Positions 38,001-52,400 of a stretch of 64,000 nt of DNA are shown piece after piece (position 1 is the first letter of the stretch; the number at the start of each line of letters is the position of its first letter). The translations under genes and the position numbers were made by a program. Source of the stretch: Bugula neritina (Eukaryota > Animalia > Bryozoa); contig CAXIUT010000103.1 of the NCBI GenBank assembly GCA_964035545.1, forward strand, positions 186,001 through 250,000, in the 5' to 3' direction. Under the pieces are notes generated by a model that worked only from the letters and a program-made list of their open reading frames with translations, searched no databases and was not told the origin of the DNA.

Positions 38001-41000
38001 AGTATCTCCAAACTCATCACTTGCATGCGTTTAGATACTTGATGAAAATTTTTATGCATAACTTGATGCCTGCTTCAAAGACACCAGTGCTTAGTTACTG
38101 TGTTAAATGTATTGGCACGATGCCATGAGATATTTGGTAATATTTCGCATCACAACAAACTCTTCAGATAGTTAAGAAAATCAGTCTAGAAAGTTAATGA
38201 AATAAACCTACCAGAGAGAGTAAGCCAGATGTAACAAGTAGATCCAAAACAAGTTGATTAACAATTGAAGTTGAAATCTCCATGTAGTCAACACTTTAGT
38301 CCTAATGTCAAATGCAAACGTCCGCAACCAAACTGTGTAGACTTCATGAGCTGGTTAGCTGACAGGACTCATTAAAGTTCTTAACTCTTGTGTGTATGGT
38401 GATGCCCATCTTGAACTAGAGAGGGCTGACTGAAGACTGCTACTTTGTGAAAATTGACAATGCATATTATTATTATTCATTGTTGAGATTCACGACTGCC
38501 ATAAACAATGATAAAATATTCATTGTTGGTACTACTGAGTAGAATAAAATATAATATAATATTGTTTTCTGGACAGATAAGTAATATCAAATGCATATTA
38601 TAACTTACCATAAATCTACAGTGCTTCACATCTTCACCTTTTTCTTCAATGTTATTTCTTTGCAGTTAGAAGTACTAGCTGAATATATGACTATGAAACA
38701 TAACCCTTCAATTTCATTGCACCAGCACCAGTTGCAAGATAGGTGTGTTGGGAGTTATCTTTCCCAAAATTTTGTTCTTGGTGTTTATACGAAGCAGACA
38801 CAGGCTAATATTAGTTTTGTTATTTGCAAGAGTTTTTCTGTCTGATTGTCCATCAGCAAAAGTTTGCGCCTTGCAGTTATTATGGAAATACCAGTGATGC
38901 TGGAAGACCTTTGCATTGTACACCCGCTTTTACTATTGAATTTAGATGTTTCATTTTCCCATCCCATCTCCTGCCCCCCCCTGTCCCCTCTAACAACCAG
39001 CAATCCTGACTCATGTGAATTGTGTTATTGTTCTAGAGTTGGCCCATGGGCCTACAGTATACGATTTGAAGCTTTATAGTTTACAGGCAGTGGAGATGAG
39101 TCACTGCTGAAACCCATTTTATTAGTAGACTATATTGCTCTTCAATCATCAGTTTTCATATTAAAAGAGAAAGCTCATCTGCAGCGCCATTTCACAGTGT
39201 TATATTTTGCTAGAGCAATAACTAATTTTAGATGCCTTTGCAAACATATGAGAAATAAATGAGTCAGTCTATGAAAAGAGGTGTTTGCAGCAATTGTTCT
39301 CTTTTGATTTACAAGGGGCATGGAAACTTTTGTAGTTTTAAATAATATCTCCAAACTCATCACTTGCATGTGTTTAGATACTTGATAAATTTTTTTATGC
39401 AAAACTTGATGCCTGCTTCAAAGACACCAGTGCTTAATTACTGTGTTAACTGTATTGGCACGTTGCCATGAGATATTTGGTAATATTTCGCATCACAACA
39501 AACTCTTCAGAAAAGTAAGAAAATCAGTCTAGAAAGTTAACGAAATAAACCTACCAGAGAGAGTAAGCCAGATGTAACAAGTAGATCCAAAACAAGTTGA
39601 TTAACAATTGAAGTTGAAATCTCCATGTAGTCAACACTTTAGTCCTAATGTCAAATGCAAACGTCTGCAATCAAACTGTGTAGACTTCATGAGCTGGTTA
39701 GCTGACAGGACTCATTAAAGTTCTTAACTCTTGTGTGTATAGTGATGCCCATCTTGAACTAGAGAGGGCTGACTGAAGACTGCTACTTTGTGAAAATTGA
39801 CAATGCATATTATTATTATTCATTGTTGAGATTCACGACTGCCATAAACAATGATAAAATATTCATTGTTGGTACTACTGAGTAGAATAAAATATAATAT
39901 AATATTGTTTTCTGGACAGATAAGTAATATCAAATGCATATTATAACTTACCATAAATCTACAGTGCTTCACATCTTCACCTTTTTCTTCAATGTTATTT
40001 CTTTGCAGTTAGAAGTACTAGCTGAATATATGACTATGAAACATAACCCTTCAATTTCATTGCACCAGCACCAGTTGCAAGATAGGTGTGTTGGGAGTTA
40101 TCTTTCCCAAAATTTTGTTCTTGGTGTTTATACGAAGCAGACACAGGCTAATATTAGTTTTGTTATTTGCAAGAGTTTTTCTGTCTGATTGTCCATCAGC
40201 AAAAGTTTGCGCCTTGCAGTTATTATGGAAATACCAGTGATGCTGGAAGACCTTTGCATTGTACACCCGCTTTTACTATTGAATTTAGATGTTTCATTTT
40301 CCCATCCCATCTCCTGCCCCCCCCCTGTCCCCTCTAACAACCAGCAATCCTGACTCATGTGAATTGTGTTATTGTTCTAGAGTTGGCCCATGGGCCTACA
40401 GTATACGATTTGAAGCTTTATAGTTTACAGGCAGTGGAGATGAGTCACTGCTGAAACCCATTTTATTAATAGACTATATTGCTCTTCAATCATCAGTTTT
40501 CATATTAAAAGAGAAAGCTCATCTGCAGCGCCATTTCACAGTGTTATATTTTGCTAGAGCAATAACTAATTTTAGATGCCTTTGCAAACATATGAGAAAT
40601 AACTGAGTAATTCTATGAAAAGAGGTGTTAGCAGCACTTGTCCACTTTTGATTTACACGCGGCATGGAAACTTTTGTAGTTTTAAATAGTATCTCCAAAC
40701 TCATCACTTGCATGCGTTTAGATACTTGATGAAAATTTTTATGCATAACTTGATGCCTGCTTCAAAGACACCAGTGCTTAGTTACTGTGTTAAATGTATT
40801 GGCACGTTGCCATGAGATATTTGGTAATATTTCGCATCACAACAAACTCTTCAGATAGTTAAGAAAATCAGTCTAGAAAGTTAATGAAATAAACCTACCA
40901 GAGAGAGTAAGCCAGATGTAACAAGTAGATCCAAAACAAGTTGATTAACAATTGAAGTTGAAATCTCCATGTAGTCAACACTTTAGTCCTAATGTCAAAT

Positions 41001-44000
41001 GCAAACGTCCGCAACCAAACTGTGTAGACTTCATGAGCTGGTTAGCTGACAGGACTCATTAAAGTTCTTGACTCTTGTGTGTATAGTGATGCCCATCTTG
41101 AACCAGAGAGGGCTGACTGAAGACTGCTACTTTGTGAAAATTGACAATGCATATTATTATTATTCATCGTTGAGATTCACGACTGCCATACACAATGATA
41201 AAATATTCATTGTTGGTACTACTGAGTAGAATAAAATATAATATAATATTATTTTCTGGACAGATAAATAATATCAAATGCATATTATAACTTACCATAA
41301 ATCTACAGTGCTTCACATCTTCACCTTTTTCTGCAATGTAATTTCTTTGCAGTTAGAAGTACTAGCTGAATATATGACTATGAAACAAAACCCTTCAATT
41401 TCATTGCACCAGCACCAGTTGCAAGATAGGTGTGTTGGGAGTTATCTTTCCCAAAATTTTGTTCTTGGTGTTTATACGAAGCAGACACAGGCTAATATTA
41501 GTTTTGTAATTTGCAAGAGTTTTTTTGTCTGATTGTCCATCGGCAAAAGTTTGCGCCTTGCAGTTATTATGGAAATACCAGTGATGCTGGAAGACATTTG
41601 CATTGTACACCCACCTTTACTATTGAATTTAGATGTTTTGTTTTCCCATCCCATCTCCTGCCCCCCTGTCCCTTCTAACAACCAGCAATCCTGACTCATT
41701 AAAATTGTGTTATTGTTCTAGAGTTGGCCCATGGGCCTACAGTATACGATTTGAAGCTTTATAGTTTACAGGCAGTGGAGATGAGTCACTGCTGAAACCC
41801 ATTTTATTAGTAGACTATATTGCTCTTCAATCATCAGTTTTCATATTAAAAGAGAAAGCTCATCTGCAGCGCCATTTCACAGTGTTATATTTTGCTAGAG
41901 CAATAACTAATTTTAGATGCCTTTGCAAACATATGAGAAATAAATGAGTCAGTCTATGAAAAGAGGTGTTTGCAGCAATTGTCCTCTTTTGATTTACAAG
42001 CGGCATGGAAACTTTTGTAGTTTTAAATAATATCTCCAAACTCATCACTTGCATGTGTTTAGATACTTGATAAATTTTTTTATGCAAAACTTGATGCCTG
42101 CTTCAAAGACACCAGTGCTTAATTACTGTGTTAACTGTATTGGCACGTTGCCATGAGATATTTGGTAATATTTCGCATCACAACAAACTCTTCAGAAAAG
42201 TAAGAAAATCAGTCTAGAAAGTTAACGAAATAAACCTACCAGAAAGAGTAAGCCAGATGTAACAAGTAGATCCAAAACAAGTTGATTAACAATTGAAGTT
42301 GAAATCTCCATGTAGTCAACACTTTAGTCCTAATGTCAAATGCAAACGTCTGCAATCAAACTGTGTAGACTTCATGAGCTGGTTAGCTGACAGGACTCAT
42401 TAAAGTTCTTAACTCTTGTGTGTATAGTGATGCCCATCTTGAACTAGAGAGGGCTGACTGAAGACTGCTACTTTGTGAAAATTGACAATGCATATTATTA
42501 TTATTCATTGTTGAGATTCACGACTGCCATAAACAATGATAAAATATTCATTGTTGGTACTACTGAGTAGAATAAAATATAATATAATATTGTTTTCTGG
42601 ACAGATAAGTAATATCAAATGCATATTATAACTTACCATAAATCTACAGTGCTTCACATCTTCACCTTTTTCTTCAATGTTATTTCTTTGCAGTTAGAAG
42701 TACTAGCTGAATATATGACTATGAAACATAACCCTTCAATTTCATTGCACCAGCACCAGTTGCAAGATAGGTGTGTTGGGAGTTATCTTTCCCAAAATTT
42801 TGTTCTTGGTGTTTATACGAAGCAGACACAGGCTAATATTAGTTTTGTTATTTGCAAGAGTTTTTCTGTCTGATTGTCCATCAGCAAAAGTTTGCGCCTT
42901 GCAGTTATTATGGAAATACCAGTGATGCTGGAAGACCTTTGCATTGTACACCCGCTTTTACTATTGAATTTAGATGTTTCATTTTCCCATCCCATCTCCT
43001 GCCCCCCCCTGTCCCCTCTAACAACCAGCAATCCTGACTCATGTGAATTGTGTTATTGTTCTAGAGTTGGCCCATGGGCCTACAGTATACGATTTGAAGC
43101 TTTATAGTTTACAGGCAGTGGAGATGAGTCACTGCTGAAACCCATTTTATTAGTAGACTATATTGCTCTTCAATCATCAGTTTTCATATTAAAAGAGAAA
43201 GCTCATCTGCAGCGCCATTTCACAGTGTTATATTTTGCTAGAGCAATAACTAATTTTAGATGCCTTTGCAAACATATGAGAAATAAATGAGTCAGTCTAT
43301 GAAAAGAGGTGTTTGCAGCAATTGTTCTCTTTTGATTTACAAGGGGCATGGAAACTTTTGTAGTTTTAAATAATATCTCCAAACTCATCACTTGCATGTG
43401 TTTAGATACTTGATAAATTTTTTTATGCAAAACTTGATGCCTGCTTCAAAGACACCAGTGCTTAATTACTGTGTTAACTGTATTGGCACGTTGCCATGAG
43501 ATATTTGGTAATATTTCGCATCACAACAAACTCTTCAGAAAAGTAAGAAAATCAGTCTAGAAAGTTAACGAAATAAACCTACCAGAGAGAGTAAGCCAGA
43601 TGTAACAAGTAGATCCAAAACAAGTTGATTAACAATTGAAGTTGAAATCTCCATGTAGTCAACACTTTAGTCCTAATGTCAAATGCAAACGTCTGCAATC
43701 AAACTGTGTAGACTTCATGAGCTGGTTAGCTGACAGGACTCATTAAAGTTCTTGACTCTTGTGTGTATAGTGATGCCCATCTTGAACCAGAGAGGGCTGA
43801 CTGAAGACTGCTACTTTGTGAAAATTGACAATGCATATTATTATTATTCATCGTTGAGATTCACGACTGCCATACACAATGATAAAATATTCATTGTTGG
43901 TACTACTGAGTAGAATAAAATATAATATAATATTATTTTCTGGACAGATAAATAATATCAAATGCATATTATAACTTACCATAAATCTACAGTGCTTCAC

Positions 44001-47000
44001 ATCTTCACCTTTTTCTGCAATGTAATTTCTTTGCAGTTAGAAGTACTAGCTGAATATATGACTATGAAACAAAACCCTTCAATTTCATTGCACCAGCACC
44101 AGTTGCAAGATAGGTGTGTTGGGAGTTATCTTTCCCAAAATTTTGTTCTTGGTGTTTATACGAAGCAGACACAGGCTAATATTAGTTTTGTAATTTGCAA
44201 GAGTTTTTTTGTCTGATTGTCCATCGGCAAAAGTTTGCGCCTTGCAGTTATTATGGAAATACCAGTGATGCTGGAAGACATTTGCATTGTACACCCACCT
44301 TTACTATTGAATTTAGATGTTTTGTTTTCCCATCCCATCTCCTGCCCCCCTGTCCCTTCTAACAACCAGCAATCCTGACTCATTAAAATTGTGTTATTGT
44401 TCTAGAGTTGGCCCATGGGCCTACAGTATACGATTTGAAGCTTTATAGTTTACAGGCAGTGGAGATGAGTCACTGCTGAAACCCATTTTATTAGTAGACT
44501 ATATTGCTCTTCAATCATCAGTTTTCATATTAAAAGAGAAAGCTCATCTGCAGCGCCATTTCACAGTGTTATATTTTGCTAGAGCAATAACTAATTTTAG
44601 ATGCCTTTGCAAACATATGAGAAATAAATGAGTCAGTCTATGAAAAGAGGTGTTTGCAGCAATTGTCCTCTTTTGATTTACAAGCGGCATGGAAACTTTT
44701 GTAGTTTTAAATAATATCTCCAAACTCATCACTTGCATGTGTTTAGATACTTGATAAATTTTTTTATGCAAAACTTGATGCCTGCTTCAAAGACACCAGT
44801 GCTTAATTACTGTGTTGACTGTATTGGCACGTTGCCATGAGATATTTGGTAATATTTCGCATCACAACAAACTCTTCAGAAAGTTAAGAAAATCAGTCTA
44901 GAAAGTTAATGAAATAAACCTACCAGAAAGAGTAAGCCAGATGTAACAAGTAGATCGAAAACAAGTTGATTAACAATTGAAGTTGAAATCTCCATGTAGT
45001 CAACACTTTAGTCCTAATGTCAAATGCAAACGTCTGCAATCAAACTGTGTAGACTTCATGAGCTGGTTAGCTGACAGGACTCATTAAAGTTCTTAACTCT
45101 TGTGTGTATAGTGATTCCCATCTTGAACTAGAGAGGGCTGACTGAAGACTGTTACTTTGTGAAAAATGACAATGCATATTATTATTATTTATTGTTGAGA
45201 TTCACGACTGCCATAAACAATGATAAAATATTCATTGTTGGTACTACTGAGTAGAATAAAATATAATATAATATTATTTTCTGGACAGATAAATAATATC
45301 AAATGCATATTATAACTTACCATAAATCTACAGTGCCTCACATCTTCACCTTTTTCTGCAATGTTATTTCTTTGCAGTTAGAAGTACTAGCTGAATATAT
45401 GACTATGAAACATAACCCTTCAATTTCATTGCACCAGCACCAGTTGCAAGATACGTGTGTTGGGAGTTATCTTTTCCAAAATTTTGTCCTTGGTGTTTAT
45501 ACGAAGCAGACACAGGCTAATATTAGTTTTGTTATTTGCAAGAGTTTTTCTGTCTGATTGTCCATCGGCAAAAGTTTGCGCCTTGCAGTTATTATGGAAA
45601 TACCAGTGATGCTGGAAGACATTTGCATTGTACACCCGCCTTTACTATTGAATTTAGATGTTTTGTTTTCCCATCCCATCTCCTGCCCCCCTGTCCCTTC
45701 TAACAACCAGCAATCCTGACTCATGTGAAATGTGTTATTGTTCTAGAGTTGGCCCATCGGCCTACAGTATACGATTTGAAGCTTTATAGTTTACAGGCAG
45801 TGGAGATGGGTCACTGCTGAAACCCATTTTAATAGTAGGCTATATTGCTCTTCAATCATCAGTTTTCATATAAAAACAAAAAGCTCATCTGCAGCGCCAT
45901 TTCACAGTATTATATTTTGCTAGAGCAATAACTTGTTTTAGATGCATTTGCAAACATCTGAGAAATAAATGAGTCATTTTATGAAAAGAGGTGTTGGCAG
46001 CAATTGTCCACTTTTGAGTTACACGCGGCAAGGAGACTTTTGTAGTTTTAAATAATATCTCCAAACTCATCACTTGCATGTGTTTAGATACTTGATAAAT
46101 TTTTTTATGCAAAACTTGATGCCTGCTTCAAAGACACCAGTGCTTAATTACTGTGTTAACTGTATTGGCACGTTGCCATGAGATATTTGGTAATATTTCG
46201 CATCACAACAAACTCTTCAGAAAGTTAAAAAAATCAGTCTAGAAAGTTAATGAAATAAACCTACCAGAAAGAGTAAGCCAGATGTAACAAGTAGATCCAA
46301 AACAAGTTGATTAACAATTGAAGTTGAAATCTCCATGTAGTCAACACTTTAGTCCTAATGTCAAATGCAAACGTCTGCAATCAAACTGTGTAGACTTCAT
46401 GAGCTGGTTAGCTGACAGGACTCATTAAAGTTCTTAACTCTTGTGTGTATAGTGATGCCCATCTTGAACTAGAGAGGGCTGACTGAAGGCTCCTACTTTG
46501 TGAAAATTGACAATGCATATTGTTATTATTCATTGTTGAGATTCACGACTGCCATAAACAATGATAAAATATTCATTGCTGGTACTACTGAGTAGAATAA
46601 AATATAATATAATATTTTCTTGACAGATAAATAATACCGTATACAGAAGCTAACTTACCATAACTCTACAGTGCTTCACCTCTTCAACTTTTTAGGCGAT
46701 GTTATTTCTTTCTAGTTAGAAGTACGAGCTGAATATAGGACTATGAAACATAACCCTTCAATTTCATTGCACCAGCACCAGTTGCAAGATACGTGTGTTG
46801 GGAGTTATCTTTTCCAAAATTTTGTCCTTGGTGTTTATACGAAGCAGACACAGGCTAATATTAGTTTTGTTATTTGCAAGAGTTTTTCTGTCTGATTGTC
46901 CATCGGCAAAAATTTGCGCCTTGCAGCTATTATGGAAATACCAGTGATGCTGGAAGACCTTTGCATTGTACACCCGCCTTTACTATTGAATTTAGATGTT

Positions 47001-49400
47001 TTGTTTTCCCATCCCATCTCCTGCCCCCCCCTGTCCCCTCTAACAACCAGCAATCCTGACTCATGTGAATTGTGTTATTGTTCTAGAGTTGGCCCATGGG
47101 CCTACAGTATACGATTTGAAGCTTTATAGTTTACAGGCAGTGGAGATGAGTCACTGCTGAAACCCATTTTATTAGTAGACTATATTGCTCTTCAATCATC
47201 AGTTTTCATATTAAAAGAGAAAGCTCATCTGCAGCGCCATTTCACAGTGTTATATTTTGCTAGAGCAATAACTAATTTTAGATGCCTTTGCAAACATATG
47301 AGAAATAACTGAGTAATTCTATGAAAAGAGGTGTTAGCAGCACTTGTCCACTTTTGATTTACACGCGGCATGGAAACTTTTGTAGTTTTAAATAGTATCT
47401 CCAAACTCATCACTTGCATGCGTTTAGATACTTGATGAAAATTTTTATGCATAACTTGATGCCTGCTTCAAAGACACCAGTGCTTAGTTACTGTGTTAAA
47501 TGTATTGGCACGTTGCCATGAGATATTTGGTAATATTTCGCATCACAACAAACTCTTCAGATAGTTAAGAAAATCAGTCTAGAAAGTTAATGAAATAAAC
47601 CTACCAGAGAGAGTAAGCCAGATGTAACAAGTAGATCCAAAACAAGTTGATTAACAATTGAAGTTGAAATCTCCATGTAGTCAACACTTTAGTCCTAATG
47701 TCAAATGCAAACGTCCGCAACCAAACTGTGTAGACTTCATGAGCTGGTTAGCTGACAGGACTCATTAAAGTTCTTGACTCTTGTGTGTATAGTGATGCCC
47801 ATCTTGAACCAGAGAGGGCTGACTGAAGACTGCTACTTTGTGAAAATTGACAATGCATATTATTATTATTCATTGTTGAGATTCACGACTGCCATACACA
47901 ATGATAAAATATTCATTGTTGGTACTACTGAGTAGAATAAAATATAATATAATATTATTTTCTGGACAGATAAATAATATCAAATGCATATTATAACTTA
48001 CCATAAATCTACAGTGCTTCACATCTTCACCTTTTTCTGCAATGTAATTTCTTTGCAGTTAGAAGTACTAGCTGAATATATGGCTATATGAAACAAAACC
48101 CTTCAATTTCATTGCACCAGCACCAGTTGCAAGATAGGTGTGTTGGGAGTTATCTTTCCCAAAATTTTGTTCTTGGTGTTTATACGAAGCAGACACAGGC
48201 TAATATTAGTTTTGTAATTTGCAAGAGTTTTTTTGTCTGATTGTCCATCGGCAAAAGTTTGCGCCTTGCAGTTATTATGGAAATACCAGTGATGCTGGAA
48301 GACATTTGCATTGTACACCCACCTTTACTATTGAATTTAGATGTTTTGTTTTCCCATCCCATCTCCTGCCCCCCTGTCCCTTCTAACAACCAGCAATCCT
48401 GACTCATTAAAATTGTGTTATTGTTCTAGAGTTGGCCCATGGGCCTACAGTATACGATTTGAAGCTTTATAGTTTACAGGCAGTGGAGATGAGTCACTGC
48501 TGAAACCCATTTTATTAGTAGACTATATTGCTCTTCAATCATCAGTTTTCATATTAAAAGAGAAAGCTCATCTGCAGCGCCATTTCACAGTGTTATATTT
48601 TGCTAGAGCAATAACTAATTTTAGATGCCTTTGCAAACATATGAGAAATAAATGAGTCAGTCTATGAAAAGAGGTGTTTGCAGCAATTGTCCTCTTTTGA
48701 TTTACAAGCGGCATGGAAACTTTTGTAGTTTTAAATAATATCTCCAAACTCATCACTTGCATGTGTTTAGATACTTGATAAATTTTTTTATGCAAAACTT
48801 GATGCCTGCTTCAAAGACACCAGTGCTTAATTACTGTGTTGACTGTATTGGCACGTTGCCATGAGATATTTGGTAATATTTCGCATCACAACAAACTCTT
48901 CAGAAAGTTAAGAAAATCAGTATAGAAAGTTAATGAAATAAACCTACCAGAGAGAGTAAGCCAGATGTAACAAGTAGATCCAAAACAAGTTGATTAACAA
49001 TTGAAGTTGAAATCTCCATGTAGTCAACACTTTAGTCCTAATGTCAAATGCAAACGTCTGCAACCAAACTGTGTAGACTTCATGAGCTGGTTAGCTGACA
49101 GGACTCATTAAAGTTTTTAATTCTTGTGTGTATAGTGATGCCCATCTTGTACTTGAGAGGGCTGACTGAAGACTGCTATTTTGTGAAAATTGACAATGCA
49201 CATTATTATTATTCATTGTTGAGATTCACGACTGCCATAAACAATGATAAAATATTCATTGTTGGTACTATTGAGTAGAATAAAATATAATATAATATTG
49301 TTTTCTGGACAGATAAGTAATATCAAATGCATATTATAACTTACCATAAATCTACAGTGCTTCACATCTTCACCTTTTTCTGCAATGTTATTTCTTTGCA
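32001..49400. repeat. Sub-array B1 (monomers ~25-37, 1337-1344 bp, mosaic)
   Basis: Diagnostics: CCCATCCCATCTCCTG(C)6-9, GGCCCATGGGCC, GTGGAGATG, AAACCCATTTT (-1 bp), 3-bp insertion before TTTTCTGGACAG, ATCAAATGCATATTAT. The right boundary is approximate. Confidence 0.88.
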
Positions 49401-52400
49401 GTTAGAAGTACTAGCTGAATATATGACTATGAAACAAAACCCTTCAATTTCATTGCACTAGCACCAGTTGCAAGATAGGTGTGTTGGGAGTTATCTTTCC
49501 CAAAATTTTGTTCTTGGTGTTTATACGAAGCAGACACAGGCTAATATTAGTTTTGTAATTTGCAAGAGTTTTTCTGTCTGATTGTCCATCAGCAAAAGTT
49601 TTCGCCTTGCAGTTATTATGGAAATACCAGTGATGCTCGAAGACCTGTGCATTGTACACCTGCCTTTACTATTGAATTTAGATGTTTTATTTTCCCATAT
49701 CCCCTCTCCTGCCCCCTGCCCCCTCTAACAACCAGCAATCCTGACTCATGTGAATTGTGTTATTGTTCTAGAGTTGGCCCATGGGCCTACAGTATACGAT
49801 TTGAAGCTTTATAGTTTACAGGCAGTGGAGATGAGTCACTGCTGAAACCCATTTTATTAGTAGACTATATTGCTCTTCAATCATCAGTTTTCATATTAAA
49901 AGAGAAAGCTCATCTGCAGCGCCATTTCACAGTGTTATATTTTGCTAGAGCAATAACTAATTTTAGATGCCTTTGCAAACATATGAGAAATAACTGAGTC
50001 ATTCTATGAAAAGAGGTGTTTGCAGCACTTGTCCACTTTTGATTTACACGCGGCATGGAAACTTTTGTAGTTTTAAATAGTATCTCCAAACTCATCACTT
50101 GCATGCGTTTAGATACTTGATGAAAATTTTTATGCATAACTTGATGCCTGCTTCAAAGACACCAGTGCTTAGTTACTGTGTTAAATGTATTGGCACGTTG
50201 CCATGAGATATTTGGTAATATTTCGCATCACAACAAACTCTTCAGATAGTTAAGAAAATCAGTCTAGAAAGTTAATGAAATAAACCTACCAGAGAGAGTA
50301 AGCCAGATGTAACAAGTAGATCCAAAACAAGTTGATTAACAATTGAAGTTGAAATCTCCATGTAGTCAACACTTTAGTCCTAATGTCAAATGCAAACGTC
50401 TGCAACCAAACTGTGTAGACTTCATGAGCTGGTTAGCTGACAGGACTCATTAAAGTTCTTGACTCTTGTGTGTATAGTGATGCCCATCTTGAACCAGAGA
50501 GGGCTGACTGAAGACTGCTACTTTGTGAAAATTGACAATGCATATTATTATTATTCATTGTTGAGATTCACGACTGCCATACACAATGATAAAATATTCA
50601 TTGTTGGTACTACTGAGTAGAATAAAATATAATATAATATTGTTTTCTGGACAGATAAGTAATATCAAATGCATATTATAACTTACCATAAATCTACAGT
50701 GCTTCACATCTTCACCTTTTTCTGCAATGTTATTTCTTTGCAGTTAGAAGTACTAGCTGAATATATGACTATGAAACATAACCCTTCAATTTCATTGCAC
50801 CAGCACCAGTTGCAAGATAGGTGTGTTGGGAGTTATCTTTCCCAAAATTTTGTTCTTGGTGTTTATACGAAGCAGACACAGGCTAATATTAGTTTTGTTA
50901 TTTGCAAGAGTTTTTCTGTCTGATTGTCCATCAGCAAAAGTTTGCGCCTTGCAGTTATTATGGAAATACCAGTGATGCTCGAAGACCTTTGCATTGTACA
51001 TCCGCTTTTACTATTGAATTTAGATGTTTTATTTTCCCATCCCCTCTCCTGCCCCCCTGTCCCCTCTAACAACCAGCAATCCTGACTTATGTGAATTTTG
51101 TTATTGTTCTAGAGTTGGCCCATGGGCCTACAGTATACGATTTGAAGCTTTATAGTTTACAGGCAGTGGAGATGAGTCACTGCTGAAACCCATTTTATTA
51201 GTAGACTATATTGCTCTTCAATCATCAGTTTTCATATTAAAAGAGAAAGCTCATCTGCAGCGCCATTTCACAGTGTTATATTTTGCTAGAGCAATAACTA
51301 ATTTTAGATGCCTTTGCAAACATATGAGAAATAACTGAGTCATTCTATGAAAAGAGGTGTTTGCAGCACTTGTCCACTTTTGATTTACACGCGGCATGGA
51401 AACTTTTGTAGTTTTAAATAGTATCTCCAAACTCATCACTTGCATGCGTTCAGATATTTGATGAAAATTTTTATGCATAACTTGATGCCTGCTTCAAAGA
51501 CACCAGTGCTTAGTTACTGTGTTAAATGTATTGGCACGTTGCCATGAGATATTTGGTAATATTCCGCATCACAACAAACTCTTCAGATAGTTAAGAAAAT
51601 CAGTCTAGAAAGTTAATGAAATAAACCTACCAGAGAGAGTAAGCCAGATGTAACAAGTAGATCCAAAACAAGTTGATTAACAATTGAAGTTGAAATCTCC
51701 ATGTAGTGAACACTTTAGTCCTAATGTCAAATGCAAACGTCTGCAACCAAACTGTGTAGACTTCATGAGCTGGTTAGCTGACAGGACTCATTAAAGTTCT
51801 TGACTCTTGTGTGTATAGTGATGGCCATCTTGAACCAGAGAGGGCTGACTGAAGACTGCTACTTTGTGAAAATTGACAATGCATATTATTATTATTCATT
51901 GTTGAGATTCACGACTGCCATACACAATGATAAAATATTCATTGTTGGTACTACTGAGTAGAATAAAATATAATATAATATTATTTTCTGGACAGATAAA
52001 CAATATCAAATGCATATTATAACTTACCATAAATCTACAGTGCTTCACATCTTCACCTTTTTCTGCAATGTTATTTCTTTGCAGTTAGAAGTACTAGCTG
52101 AATATATGACTATGAAACATAACCCTTCAATTTCATTGCACCAGCACCAGTTGCAAGATAGGTGTGTTGGGAGTTATCTTTCCCAAAATTTTGTTCTTGG
52201 TGTTTATACGAAGCAGACACAGGCTAATATTAGTTTTGTTATTTGCAAGAGTTTTTCTGTCTGATTGTCCATCAGCAAAAGTTTGCGCCTTGCAGTTATT
52301 ATGGAAATACCAGTGATGCTCGAAGACCTTTGCATTGTACATCCGCTTTTACTATTGAATTTAGATGTTTTATTTTCCCATCCCCTCTCCTGCCCCCCTG

